A model generated the notes under the pieces. That model worked only from the letters and a program-made list of their open reading frames with translations. It was not told the origin of the DNA and did not search any database. Shown here in pieces: positions 44,101 through 55,986 of a stretch of DNA of 64,000 bases. The position numbers and the translations under genes are program-made. Source of the stretch: Calditrichia bacterium (GTDB lineage: Bacteria; Calditrichota; Calditrichia; JAJRVZ01); contig CAWCNS010000011.1 of assembly GCA_963796965.1 (NCBI GenBank), positions 192,001 through 256,000 of the forward strand, read 5' to 3'. Numbering within the stretch: position 1 is the stretch's first letter; each line of letters opens with the position of its first letter.

Positions 44101-45269
44101 AGAAGTGACATGTCCGCCATCACGGGTATGGTCATGTCGGTTAGCACCTTTTAATAAAACAGAAACCCCATTGATCATAAGTTGCGTATCTTTGAGTTCA
44201 ATTTCCCGGAACCCATATTGACACTGCTGTGTCTCCACAATTTTTCCATCTTCATCTTTCAATGTAAAAATGATCTGATAGAGATGGGGCTGGTCTGCTG
44301 ACCATTTAAGAGGATTTATAACTTTTGTCGTAAATTCAAGGGCTGTCTCTTCAGTTTTTGATGGATTACGAAAGGTCTTACGCAAAGGTTTTTCAACGGT
44401 AATTTGCTCGCCCTTTTGGTCATAAATCTGCGCTTCCAATTGATAGGATTTTTTCTGGTCCGAGCTATAGTTTTTTATTTTTGCTGTTATATCTAATTGA
44501 GCATCCTGATATTGCTCATCCAGATCACAGCGGATATAATAATCTCTCAAATGAACAGCTGGTGTGGCAAATAAATATACATCACGAAAGATTCCACCGT
44601 AGCGCCATAGGCTCTGGCATTCCATATACCTGCCATCACAATATTTGAAAACCTGAACAGCTAAAACGTTCTCACCTTTTTTCAAATAGGGTGTAATATT
44701 AAACTCAGCCGGTGTAAAACTGTCTTCGCTATAGCCAACTTTTTGACCATTTACCCAAATGTAAAAGGCTGATTTAACCCCGCCTAAATGAATAAATATC
44801 TGTCGTCCATCCCAATCTTCCGGTACCGTAAAGGTTCTGCGATAAGAGCCAACCGGATTGCGGTCCTCCGGGATATAGGGAGGATTAGGATCGCCAAAGG
44901 CAAATTTTGTATCATAAAACACAGGAATTCCGAAATCCATGTAGTTCCCATACAGCCGGGCACATCAAATTCCCCCCAGGCAGTGACATCATAACCGGGA
45001 TTATAAAATTCCTTGGGACGTTCAGCGGCATTGGCCACCCAATTAAACTTCCATTTACCATTAAGAAGTTTGTAATAGGGGGAGGATTCTCTTACACCCT
45101 TCTGCGCCTGTTCAACGGATGCGTAGGTTTGACTGGTGTTACGAGCCGGTTCCCGGTTTACCTGAAATATTTCAGGATTATAAAGCTCCGGTGTCTTGTC
45201 CTCAGCAATCAGGTTCACAGATAGACAGATGAGAATCAAGGTTGTCAGTTTTTGGATGTTTTTACTCAT
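41190..45269 (-). CDS. GH2 beta-galactosidase (LacZ-like) with two Fn3-associated/CHB_HEX_C domains and C-terminal PA14; frameshifts near 44950 and 42895
   Basis: LNGKWKF, RTSHYP, WSLGNEAG, CEY, GRGPHENY.DRK, QENG.R, Y(T/S)LDGSEP x2 and GSNDGS motifs over three ORFs; signal peptide from ATG 45269. Confidence 0.88.
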
Positions 45270-45729
45270 TCTCCAAATCTCCAGAATTTTAATTTTGAAT
45301 TGTTTACAAGAGATAGCCACCAAGACACAAAGTCACAAAAGACTTAGGTAAAAGGAAAGTCTATATCTATGACATTTAGTATATTTGGTTCAAACCCTAT
45401 GCCATTTAACTTTTTGTTTTTCAGGTATTTATATGCTCGTGTATAAGTATTAATATGGCTACACGATATAAAGATATAGAAATTTAACTAAAAATAAACT
45501 CTTAGGAAAATGGGTGAGGTTCTTATTTCAATGATTTATTAGTCTTAACTGACTAAAAGATCTGAATAAGAAGAATTCTTAAATTGTCCAAATGAAATAT
45601 TGAATATTTTATCTTACTTTTATCTCCACATTCCTAACCTACCTGTCCAATTATATGATTATAGCAATTCTCATTTACGTATTGATTAGAGGAAACGATA
45701 TTTTAGAGAAGAAAATCTGCGAGGTAAAA

Positions 45730-46284
45730 TTATAAATTTTCAAACATAATCCTGAATCCAATAATAATCAAAATTACCCCACCCAAGATTGTCATATGGG
45801 ACCGCAAGTTTTTACTGGCCATAGATCCAAGCCTGATACCAAGTAAAGATAGTCCCGATGTAATTACACCAATAATGACAGATGGATACCAGATATTAAT
45901 GTCAATCATTGCCAGGCTAAATCCTACAGCCATGGCATCGATACTCGTCGCCAGGGAAAGTATAACCAGATTTAATCCTTTTGAGGGATCGTCTTTTCGG
46001 AATAATTCCTCAGATTTAAATCCTGATAGCACCATTCGGCTTCCGACAATAAGAAGCAGCCCAAATGCGATCCAATGGTCAAATGCAAATAGTAATTCTG
46101 CAACACGATCTCCGGCAAACCAACCAAGAACGGGCATAAAAAACTGAAAAAGACCAAAGTGAAAGGATAGCCTGAATACTGCCCTTTTTGATTTTATCAT
46201 TCCAGACGCAGAAGCGGCAACTGAGACGACAAAAGCATCCATAGCCAGACCAAGAGCAATCAATACAATCTCAATAAATTCCAT
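45730..46284 (-). CDS. mntP: Manganese efflux pump MntP family
   Basis: LAMDAF, FQFFMP, DHWIAF, ATSIDAMAVG motifs. Confidence 0.9.
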   Translation of the reverse strand: MEFIEIVLIALGLAMDAFVVSVAASASGMIKSKRAVFRLSFHFGLFQFFMPVLGWFAGDRVAELLFAFDHWIAFGLLLIVGSRMVLSGFKSEELFRKDDPSKGLNLVILSLATSIDAMAVGFSLAMIDINIWYPSVIIGVITSGLSLLGIRLGSMASKNLRSHMTILGGVILIIIGFRIMFENL

Positions 46285-46428
46285 CAGATTCGTATCCGTT
46301 TAACATAATCGCTATGTGGATTATCCTGAAATATTCATATGATTCGGGCTACTCTAAAATAGCCTCTCGGACAAAAAAAATATTTAACACCGAATACTCG
46401 CGCCGTATTATTGTAGCGAAATTCTGAT

Positions 46429-46523
46429 ATCATCCTGACAGGATCTGCCAAAATATAGAATCGATTTCGACAAGCAGGAAGATTCCTATCCCGAGTCGGG
46501 ATCTCGTTCCGGGACAGAATGAC
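46429..46523. repeat. Degenerate GTCAT-family REP pair with inserts
   Basis: atcatcctgacaggatct (collapsed unit) and agattcct-[atcccgagtcgggat...]-agaatgac. Confidence 0.5.
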
Positions 46524-46578
46524 AAGTGAAGAAATTAAAAAAGAACTGCAAATGATGCCAATAAATTGAGAAGGTGTT

Positions 46579-47412
46579 TTATAAAAGGCGTTAATCATAA
46601 ACCCAAGACGAATACCGCCTTTGGCAAATTTTTTATCTGCACCGGCAAGAAACTAGGAATTATTTATCTCTACATTATTGCTGACAAATATTTTAAAAAA
46701 ATGACCCCCGGTTTCCAATTCGATTCCAGTCGAAAAGGAATTATAACTATCCCGCCAGCCATTGGTTGTAGGATTCCACTCAACCATTAAACTCCAGAAT
46801 TCTGAAAAATAATACTGGGCATAGAGACCCATTGTCAGACTTCTCTTAATTTCTTCAGTAAAGATATCGCTGTTATACAAATAGGAAGGGACAAAGCCGA
46901 TTCCCAATTTTTTAAATAATAGGGTATTAAAAATTAATTGTACAAAATACTGAAAGTTTCTCGGATCACTATTCGATCGATCAGAGATATAGCTATTCCA
47001 GGCTGCGCCCAGATTCACAGTTCCCACAAGAGGAAGAATATCGTTATTTATCTCAAGGGCCTTATAGCGAAATTGCAGATCGAGGTTATTTGTCACATTG
47101 GTCCGCCCAAGTGTGATCACCATTTTATTGGTAGGGGCATACCCCAGGGCTAATCGAATATTGGCTGGTCCATCCAGGCCCCAGAATTCCTTGTAGCCTT
47201 CACTTAGAGCCGGAACAAATCGGTGAGAGATGAGAAACTCAAAATCTCCTTTTTGCATGGTTTCAGCTGTTGGCAGGTTAATCGCATACGTCGAATGAAA
47301 AAGTCTCCAGATGAGTGGTTGTAGATTCATTTCGCTTCCATTTTATATTCTGAGCGTATGAGATTTGTAATAAAAAACTTCCACATAGAAATAATGCTAT
47401 TGTAACTTTCAT
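46579..47412 (-). CDS. DUF5777-family outer-membrane beta-barrel; indels and an in-frame TAG near the 3' end
   Basis: FLISHRF...WGLDG.ANIR and GIELETGGHFF motifs; signal peptide from ATG 47412. Confidence 0.75.
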
Positions 47413-47427
47413 ATACATAATTCATTC

Positions 47428-47994
47428 CTATTCTTTTTCTACATTATTAATATAAAAATCAAGTTGCATGTCCATATCCTCATCGATTTTATAGAACATA
47501 ATTGAGGGGATTTCAATTTCAAAATCAGATAATTTTACAATAAAATTTGTCTGAATGTGATAGCCATTGCCATCCCGGGTCAGCGTTCCCTTTACGTTTA
47601 AATTTTTTTCTTTGCCATGTATAAATATTTTACCTTCCACCTGCACTGAGTAGTTACCCGGTGAATCTTCACTGGCGGAAATAATTTTACCCTGGAAATA
47701 GGTAAGAGGATATTTATCTGTCTCCAGATAGTTCTCACGCATATGTCTGTTTCTCAAACCTATCCCGGTATCCAGGGAATTTAAATCTACTTCTAAATAT
47801 ACCGTACTTTTTTCGATCAGATCATCGCCTTCCCAATATATATATCCATCAATTTTGTCGGTGACACCTTCGAAATCTTCAATGGGAGCATCGGAAACAA
47901 ATTTCACCATATTATTCCGATCCTTATCAATATGGTATTCACCTGCTGTGAGGATGCTGATCATGACAAATAATGTAACTAGCGTCGTTTTCAT
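47428..47994 (-). CDS. YceI-family protein
   Basis: SDAPIEDFEG, LDTGIGLRNRHMRENYLETDKYP, IHG motifs. Confidence 0.9.
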   Translation of the reverse strand: MKTTLVTLFVMISILTAGEYHIDKDRNNMVKFVSDAPIEDFEGVTDKIDGYIYWEGDDLIEKSTVYLEVDLNSLDTGIGLRNRHMRENYLETDKYPLTYFQGKIISASEDSPGNYSVQVEGKIFIHGKEKNLNVKGTLTRDGNGYHIQTNFIVKLSDFEIEIPSIMFYKIDEDMDMQLDFYINNVEKE

Positions 47995-48003
47995 GTTTAC
48001 TCC

Positions 48004-48411
48004 TTAATTATTTGGGGACCCTTTATCGATCCAGGCAATTACCGAATCAATTACAGCATTGGAAAGTTGTCCTGATGGGGGCATAACCGAGGTTCCATCT
48101 CCATGCAGTTTTCGTATAAGGTAACTGCTTTCGCTTTCAAATGGTTTTACCCGCATAAGAGAAGAATTTTGGAAACTAGGTACATTTACCAAATTTTTAT
48201 ATGACTGACCGGTGCTGAGGTTTGGCTGTTGACTCCCCCCATGACAGCCAGATAACGCACAGGATTTATTAAATAACTCATTTTGAATATCAGTAAAGGT
48301 AGCTTTCATATTTTCCTCAGGTGCATTAATATCTTCAGGACCCTCAATATTATTTTCGCATGATATGAGAAACATTACCGTCATACTCATTACATAAATA
48401 CAGTATTTCAA
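48004..48411 (-). CDS. Monoheme cytochrome c-like lipoprotein (CX4CH)
   Basis: Lipobox LISC; CALSGCH; SYL..KL...MPP...WI..G; TTG start with GGAGG SD. Confidence 0.78.
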   Translation of the reverse strand: MKYCIYVMSMTVMFLISCENNIEGPEDINAPEENMKATFTDIQNELFNKSCALSGCHGGSQQPNLSTGQSYKNLVNVPSFQNSSLMRVKPFESESSYLIRKLHGDGTSVMPPSGQLSNAVIDSVIAWIDKGSPNN

Positions 48412-48591
48412 CTATTCCTCCTATTCCAGATTAAAGTAGTATCAAATATAAGTACAAAGTTTTAAAAGTAATTAAGAATTAACAATTACGAATTAAGAAT
48501 GTTTGGAAAATTATTGTTACTTGAGAAAATGTGAGTTGCCTTAACCCTTTGTGTATAAAGTAATACCATTATTAACTAAATCTCCTAAACC

Positions 48592-48645
48592 GTCATTCCG
48601 AACTTGATTCGGAATCTTATATAAACCATCTACATAGATCCTGTT
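48592..48645. repeat. Solo GTCAT-family REP followed by a disrupted partner unit
   Basis: gtcattccgaacttgattcggaatct, then agatcctg..., the same units as at 60382-61142. Confidence 0.75.
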
Positions 48646-48816
48646 CGAAGGACTTTTCCTGAGAAACAGGTCAGCCGGAAGGTCGAAGATCCTTAGAATC
48701 ATGCTCTCCATTTTCAATCGCAATAAATTTTTCAAGATTATCAGAGATTTCATTTAATTACCATTAGTTTATAGATCATACCATCTCTTCTTTCTTACTC
48801 ATACATTCCTAATCAT

Positions 48817-48831
48817 TCAAGTACCATGCCA
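48817..48831 (-). promoter_or_regulatory. sigma54 -24/-12 promoter facing the cytochrome c/YceI/DUF5777 operon
   Basis: TGGCAT-GGTAC-TTGA versus consensus TGGCAC-N5-TTGC. Confidence 0.55.
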
Positions 48832-49078
48832 GATTTGATAACCACAACATAATCCTTTAATAAACAAAATATTACCTACATTACTTGATCGACTAATCTT
48901 TTTATACCAGTGCATGATTTGCTCTACAATATTTTTGAGATAACATTTACTGCGCACCTGATCCTTCTGGACATATATCTTTTTAAATCATAAAAACAGG
49001 AATAATTTCAATTCACTTTTCGTCTAATGTGCAATATGTGCCTAGTCTATACCAGATTTGCACAAATCAGATACTATT

Positions 49079-50067
49079 ATGAGTTTAAAAATCAAATCTA
49101 TCATTCACTTTTTTGCATTCGGCCTCTTACTATTTCTCGTGGGCTGTATGGATGATGTGGCTCACGACAATCCCCTTGATCCGGCGAACGATAGCAATAC
49201 GCTACAAATCAGTGGCCAGGTGTTTACTTTTTATCATCCCCGTTCAGAAATAACCGGAGCGACTATACATATAGATCCGGGTGATGGCATCACTATTTCT
49301 GATCAATCGGGATTCTATGAGATACATCATTTGGCTCCCGGTACCTATACCATTTGGTGTTTAGCCGATGGATATAATCAGGATTCTCTTGAAATTGTTC
49401 TAAATGGAAATCTTAAACAGGATTTCTTTCTCGATGGCTCGCCGGAATTCACGGAGATTTCTATACGGGCCCACCATCACTCCCGCTGGTTTCCACGAGA
49501 AGAGATATATTTTTTAGAACTCGAAACCAGGGTAACTGATCCTGATGGTATTGGTGATATCCGCTCGGTCACCTGTTCCATCCCCTCTCTTGATTTCCAG
49601 GATACCCTTCAACCTGGCCTTGAGGCAGGTTTTTTCTCTAAGGAATTATTTGGCCAGGATCTACCTGTAACCTCTATTCATCAACTTATCGGGCAGGAAA
49701 TTGTACTTGAGGTGATGGATGACTATGGTACATCTGCTAAATCTGAATCTCATTATCTGACACGCATTCTCGAACAGACCCCTGTTTTGCTTAACCCTTC
49801 AGGACTGGAATCTGTTCAGGGAGATACAATAACATTTACCTGGGAAGATCTGTCTTTACCTTTTCCGGCATCTCTGCGTATTGACATTTTTCAAATTAGT
49901 TTGGGAATTGCCAGAAAAGTTGATGTGATTAAGGATCTCTCTATTTGAAGAGAATATCACCACTATTACATGATTTAAATTCTGGTGATTTCTTCTGGAC
50001 CCTCAACATTGTTGATGAATTTGGAAACGTCAGTGGTTCCCGGGAAGGAACTTTTAAAATTGAATAA
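49079..50067 (+). CDS. Lipoprotein with carboxypeptidase-regulatory-like and Ig-like domains; 3' frameshift
   Basis: Lipobox LVGC, HDNPLDP; the tail GDFFWTLNIVDEFGN reads in another frame to TAA 50067. Confidence 0.7.
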
Positions 50068-50085
50068 ACAAAGGATTGAAATCAT

Positions 50086-51560
50086 ATGTCAACCGTAAAT
50101 CCTTACACTGCCCTGGTAGAAATAAGTGAGTCCATAAATTCCATTCAGGATACATCCCTCTTGCTTGATAAGATCATGGATACGGCAATGACAACCTTGT
50201 CGGCGGAGCGTGGATTTATACTCTTAAATAAAAATGGGAAGACCAATTCTCATGATACAATCACAGCCCGCAATATGAACCAGGAAACAATTTCATCGCT
50301 ACGGAATTTATCTACAAGTGTCGTTGATCAGGTACTTAAGAATAACAAACCAATTTTAAGTTTAGATGCCCAGACAGATAACCGTTTTATAGGATCGGAA
50401 AGTGTCGTCCTGCAACAAATCAAATCCGTTCTATGCACACCTCTTTTGTATGAAGACAGATCTATCGGTGTCATCTATATGGATACCCAGCTGAACAGAA
50501 AACAATTCGATGAGGCAAGTCTTCACTTTATAGAGGCGTTTTCACGTCAGGCAGCTATTGCCATTACCAATGCAAAAATGCTTCAGGATTTGCAGTCCGA
50601 AAACAAGCGTCTGCGTAAACAAATAAATCTTCAGGATAGTTTTCCGGAAATTATCGGAAAAAGTGAATCTATAAAAAAAATCATGGAGATGATTCGTGAT
50701 GTTGCTGATTCGACTGCTTCGGTCCTTATTGAAGGAGAAAGCGGCACTGGTAAGGAACTCGTTGCTCAGGCTCTGCACAAACATTCTTCACGCCGTGACA
50801 AGCCATTTGTACCAATATTTTGTGGAAGTCTTACAGAAGCTTATTAGAGAGTGAGTTGTTTGGCCATAAAAAAGGTGCATTTACAGGAGCAAGTGACAAT
50901 AAAACAGGATTGTTTGAAGATGCGGATGGCGGAACGGTTTTTTTGGATGAAATCTCTGAAATCAGCCTGAGCATGCAGACTAAGTTACTGCGGGTTATCC
51001 AGGAAGGTGAAATTAAACGGGTTGGAGAAAATCTTCAACGCAAAGTAGACGTTCGCATAATCTCAGCTACCAATAAAAATTTAACAGAAGAAATTCAGCA
51101 GGGCAGATTTCGGGAAGATCTATTTTACCGTCTCAATGTTATCCGTCTCACATTACCTCCTCTAAGGGAAAGACCGGATGATATAACCATTCTTGCAGAC
51201 CATTTTCTCAAATTCTATGTTCAAAAAAATAAAAAGAATTCATTAAGACTTTCCCGCGAAACCCTGGAATTGCTCAGAGATTACCACTGGCCTGGAAACG
51301 TCCGCGAACTTGAAAATACAATAGAGAGAGCCACGGTTTTGGCCAAACATTCAGAAATTAAACCAGACCTGTTCCAGCTGCAAAAAATCGACAATCAACT
51401 ACCGCTTGGTAAAACATTGGATGAGATTAATAAGTTTGCGATTTTAAAAACCATAGAAATGGTTGGGGAAAACCGAACAAAAGCAGCCCAGGTCCTTGGG
51501 GTCTCAAGAAGATGGCTGCAATACAGATTGAAAGAATGGGGTCTCGTTAATGGTAATTGA
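50086..51560 (+). CDS. sigma54-dependent activator (GAF-AAA+-Fis HTH); frameshift near 50835
   Basis: [44 protein letters not shown] motifs. Confidence 0.92.
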
Positions 51561-53192
51561 TGGATATCAAATATTAGGCGAGATTTATCGCGGTCCGGTA
51601 ACCACAGTTTATCAGGCCAGGCATCTTGGATTGGACAGATCTGTGTTGTTGAAGGTCTTAAATTTACAATGGCGTGAAACAGAAGATCTGAAAAATCGTT
51701 TTAGCCGTGAGGCAAAGATTGGTGCACGACTGGACCACACTAATATCGTGAGAATATTTGATTACAAGGCTGATGGGAATGACTTCTTTATTGCAATGGA
51801 ATTTATTGAGGGAATAAATTTACATGAATTTGTTCAGCAGCATCACCCACTTCCTTTTCCGGTCATCCACTATATAACCGTCAATATTCTGAAGGGACTA
51901 ACCTATGCCCATATGGAAAATGCAATCCACCGCGATATAAAACCTTCTAATATTATGATCTCCCGCGTGGGAGAGGTGAAAATTACCGATTTTGGATTAG
52001 CAGTAATATCTGATCTTCCCCAAATCACAGAACAAGGTCAGACCGTCGGAAGCCCCTCATATATGTCCCCCGAACAAGCGCTGAACAAAAGTTTAGACAA
52101 GAGAACGGATCTTTTCAGCCTGGGAACAACTATATATGAATTATGCACTAAAATCCCACCATTTCAAAGTGACAATATTGGAACAACGATCCATAATATA
52201 TTAACCAAACAACCCAATCAACTATTCACTCTGAGACCGGATATTCCATCCTGGTTTTCTGATATCACACACCAACTTTTACAAAAGAAACCTTTTAAAC
52301 GACCCGCTGATTCTGAGATCGTCCTGAAACAGTCAATGAAAATAGAAAAAATGATTGCGCCTTGGGAGATTGACAAGTTCCTTCAGCAAAAAGAGAAGAC
52401 AGAATTCAAATCAATACATCCTGTGACACAATCCCATAATATAAAAAAACTTCTTTTTCGCGCTTCCCCAATTATTCTAATCGTCACGTTCATTTTATTC
52501 TGGATTCTTCAGGATAGTAGTTCAGCCTCTAAAACGGATATTCCAATAAATAAAAATGATCCTGGCTTACTAGCGGCAAAAGTTGATTTAGCAAGTGATG
52601 AAGACATAAAAGAAGTGCTGCCTGAACAGGAGGCAGAAAACATTCAATCGAATATAATAGACACCTTTCAGAGTAAACCACGGTCTCTTCCAGCGGAGCA
52701 AACACCAGATCCGGAGGAGAGTAAAATGACAGTTCTGCCGGGGAAACTGTTTATTGTGGTAAATCCATGGGCCAAAATCTATATAAATGATGATTATATA
52801 GAGACCACCCCTCTAACAAAGCCTTTATCATTGAAGCCAGGCAAATATAAAATTGAACTTCGCAATCCAAATTATAAAGAACATATTGAATATTTCGAAT
52901 CGACTCACGGCCAGGTAGATACATTGTACGCCCAATTGAAATTGAATCGCGGTCTGCTAGTATCTTTCGTGTATCTCCGTGGGCCGAGATATTTATAAAT
53001 AATCACTATGTGGAAACAACCCCCCTGAAGAATCCTTTATCTCTTCCGGAGGGTAAACATGTTTTAACTTTAAAAAATCCAAATTTTTTAACCATTTCGG
53101 ATACAATTGAAATTTTGACTGGAAAAACCCTGGCCAAACGCATTCAAATGAAAAATTCTGGCATAGTATTTGAGGATAGTTTAAATAATTAA
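51550..53192 (+). CDS. Membrane Ser/Thr protein kinase with C-terminal PEGA domains; frameshift near 52965
   Basis: [17 protein letters not shown]; one TM segment; two PW..IYIN...ETTPL PEGA repeats. Confidence 0.88.
53159..53173 (+). promoter_or_regulatory. sigma54 -24/-12 promoter upstream of the Kelch gene
   Basis: TGGCAT-AGTAT-TTGA, ending 46 bp before ATG 53220. Confidence 0.45.
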
Positions 53193-53219
53193 TATGATTA
53201 TCTTTCTACAGGATTCTTA

Positions 53220-54464
53220 ATGAGACATTATTTTATCATCTCTTTTTTGTGTATTACAGTCACAATGGTTTATAATTCATTCGCCGATGAATGGTATCAG
53301 GCAGCACCTTTGAATATTTCCCGTGGTGGTGCGGCAGCTGTAATGCTGGAAGGTCATATTTATGTATTCGGTGGCAAGTCCATAAATAACAGGATCTTAA
53401 AGAATGTTGAAAGATATGATCCGGTTTATGACGTCTGGGATACCACGCATGTTCCGGATTTTTCTCATGCCAGATTTAATGCAACCGCTGTGATCTTTAA
53501 TGAAAAGATCTATCTGATTGGAGGGCAAAATGGAGAACGGGTTTTAAAGGAGGTTGAAGTTTATGATCCTGTGCAGAATACCTGGGATCAAGTGCAAGAT
53601 CTGCGCAGGGATCGTGAAGGTTTATCTGGCGCCGTTTTTAATGATCGAATCTACGCTATTGGGGGCCAGAAAGACCCTTATAACCTGATTCATGAGATTG
53701 AGTGGTATGATCAACCCGCTGATAATTGGCTGGAGGCTATATTCAATTTACCGTATCCCAGATCCGCACATTATCATGGAGTCATTGGAAATGACTTCTA
53801 CATGTTTGGTGGATTTTATTATGATCCCACAAATACTGCTTATAAAGCTTCTCCCGGAGTAAGTGGATATGAATGGACCCAACTTGAATATCTGAGTAAA
53901 AAGCGTGCATATGGTGCATCAGTCATCTCCAGGGGCAACATATATATCATTGGGGGTGAAACCACCTATGGCAAAACAAGCACCGTAGAAGTTTTTTTAA
54001 CCGAAAGTGAGACCTACGGTCCCTGTGAACCAATCACCTCACCCAGAAGCGGTATGGCCGCTGTCACCATCGAAGATACAATTATCTTTGTTATCGGGGG
54101 TTTCGAATCCGAAAACAATGATCCTGTTACCACAGTTGAGTGGTATCATGGTGAATGCTACACAGCACTTGATTATGAACAAAATAAAATGCTGCCAGAA
54201 GACCACGTTATTATAAATGGATATCCCAACCCATTTAATAATGGAATCAGATTAGATATTTCAATACCTGAAAGAGACAACTATAAACTGGATATATATG
54301 CGATCACCGGCCAAAAGATAAAAACACTTTACCAGGGTTTTATGAACAGTGGTAATCATTCATATAAATGGCAAGTGAATCCGCAATTTTCATCCGGTCT
54401 GTATTTTTTATTTGTAAGATCGGAGAAATATTTACAGAAATATAAAATGATATATATAAAATAA
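53220..54464 (+). CDS. Secreted Kelch-repeat propeller with C-terminal sorting domain
   Basis: Six IY..GG...E.YD..W-type repeats; YPNPFN...SSGLYF CTD. Confidence 0.88.
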   Translation: MRHYFIISFLCITVTMVYNSFADEWYQAAPLNISRGGAAAVMLEGHIYVFGGKSINNRILKNVERYDPVYDVWDTTHVPDFSHARFNATAVIFNEKIYLIGGQNGERVLKEVEVYDPVQNTWDQVQDLRRDREGLSGAVFNDRIYAIGGQKDPYNLIHEIEWYDQPADNWLEAIFNLPYPRSAHYHGVIGNDFYMFGGFYYDPTNTAYKASPGVSGYEWTQLEYLSKKRAYGASVISRGNIYIIGGETTYGKTSTVEVFLTESETYGPCEPITSPRSGMAAVTIEDTIIFVIGGFESENNDPVTTVEWYHGECYTALDYEQNKMLPEDHVIINGYPNPFNNGIRLDISIPERDNYKLDIYAITGQKIKTLYQGFMNSGNHSYKWQVNPQFSSGLYFLFVRSEKYLQKYKMIYIK

Positions 54465-54664
54465 TACGGGCGATTTTGGGCCAAGCACCGAAAGTTTTAT
54501 CCACCCAAAGCAGTTGTAAGGATGATAGTGATTCTTTCGCAGACCTCATTCCCTTAAATCAAGAATGCTCCTGCAATGAATTCCAATCACCCGGAGTCGG
54601 GAGTCGCGTTTCTGTATTCAATAGATCAGAACCAGGCGATGCTTACTTATAGATTATAAAGACC

Positions 54665-55463
54665 ATGAAACTAAGAACAATATTTCTATTCATTTCCATC
54701 ATTCTGCAAAGCATTTCTGCGGGAAAAATTTTAGCTCAGCCAGATAATTATGATCTATTACAGGTCAAATATTTATATGATGATCTGCGATTTGAAGAGG
54801 CCATAGAAGCCGGTCAGGAAATTTTAAACAGGGGAAATCTTCTTGAAGAAAAAGAACAACTGGCCTTTCTCCATCAATATTTAGCTTTTTCATTTTATCA
54901 AATAGGTCAATCCGATTCATCACGCAGCCATTTTATATCACTCATCATCATTGAGCCAAAAAAGGAATTAGATCCCTTACATACCTCACCCAAAATAATT
55001 GATTTTTTTTAATCAGATAAAATCTGATTTTGAATCAGTAAACAGTGAAGATATATACATCCCATATACCAGGTATATATTTATAGAAGATAAGCGACCA
55101 TCGGCTGCCTGGCGGTCAGCGATTTTACCAGGATGGGGACAGTATTATAAAGGGCAGCATACCCGTGCCTATATTTTCGGAAGTGCATTTTTAGCCAGTA
55201 CCCTATTTCTAGGCGTTGCCATAATTAATGAGAACAACTATAAAGATTCCTATTTAAGCAGTTCAGATCCCGATGAGATATCTGGTTATTATGATAAATA
55301 TAATAATTGGTCAAAAGTTAGAAAAATTTCAACTGTTACGACCATTGGTATCTGGGTTTTGTCCTTTGCTGATGCCTTGTGGTCCGATTATCCAAAAATA
55401 GAATTTAACTTATCGCGGAGCGGATACAATTCCGCCACTCTATCCTATTCCTTTGCTTTTTAG
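54665..55463 (+). CDS. TPR plus DUF5683-like membrane protein; frameshift in the poly-T at about 55005
   Basis: SPKII.FF and RSAILPGWGQYY motifs across two ORFs. Confidence 0.72.
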
Positions 55464-55843
55464 AGAGAACCATCCTACTTTTCACTTCCATCTGTAAATT
55501 AGTTTCATATTATAAATTTCTTCCATTACAGGAGCAGCATCAATCCAAATTCAAAATGTGGGCCAAAGGCAAACTTAAAATCTCTCACTGGCTTTCATTT
55601 GTGCCCGGAAATATTATTCTGTATTCTCTTAGATTTATCTGTCAAACAGTTTCACAACATGATTCGTAACGATCAGAGAGCAGGATAAATTTAATCCGCC
55701 TATCGATGTGATCCTAGACATCCTGGTGCTTTAAACCTGACAGTCTTCGAAAAGAATTTTTGACAAATTCACTCGTACATTCTCTGAAACTGGGATTTAA
55801 TAATGGGATGGTAGATGAAGCAGTATATGAATACATATTTCAA

Positions 55844-55915
55844 AAAATTGACAGGAAAACAGGATCTGTACATGCCCTGCCAGGTATCTCAATTCCCGTT
55901 TATCCTGTCAATTTT
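55844..55915. repeat. Periodic inverted-repeat doublet (GACAGGA-type)
   Basis: aaattgacaggaaaacagga ... tcccgtttatcctgtcaatttt. Confidence 0.7.
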
Positions 55916-55986
55916 ATAATAATTCAGATTTCAATTCCATCAATTACTACGAGTTGGAATCAATCTTTATTCATGAACATTTTATA

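Noticed and set aside
46340..46370. yybP-ykoY Mn riboswitch upstream of mntP
   Set aside because: Only a GAGTAGC fragment inside a simple hairpin; the rest of the aptamer could not be identified by eye. An Rfam scan would settle it.
46653..46655. In-frame TAG in the DUF5777 gene as pyrrolysine or stop recoding
   Set aside because: TAG is a true stop for many genes here (e.g. 3759, 13601, 47428, 58822), and this gene has other errors; a CAG-to-TAG error or mutation is more likely.
49946..49948. TGA as a second selenocysteine codon
   Set aside because: The downstream coding sequence continues in a different frame and there is no Cys-type motif; this is a frameshift.
55555..55610. c-di-GMP-I riboswitch (AAGGCAAAC)
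   Set aside because: Lacks the GNRA loop and GACGCAAAGC second stem, and no gene lies suitably downstream.
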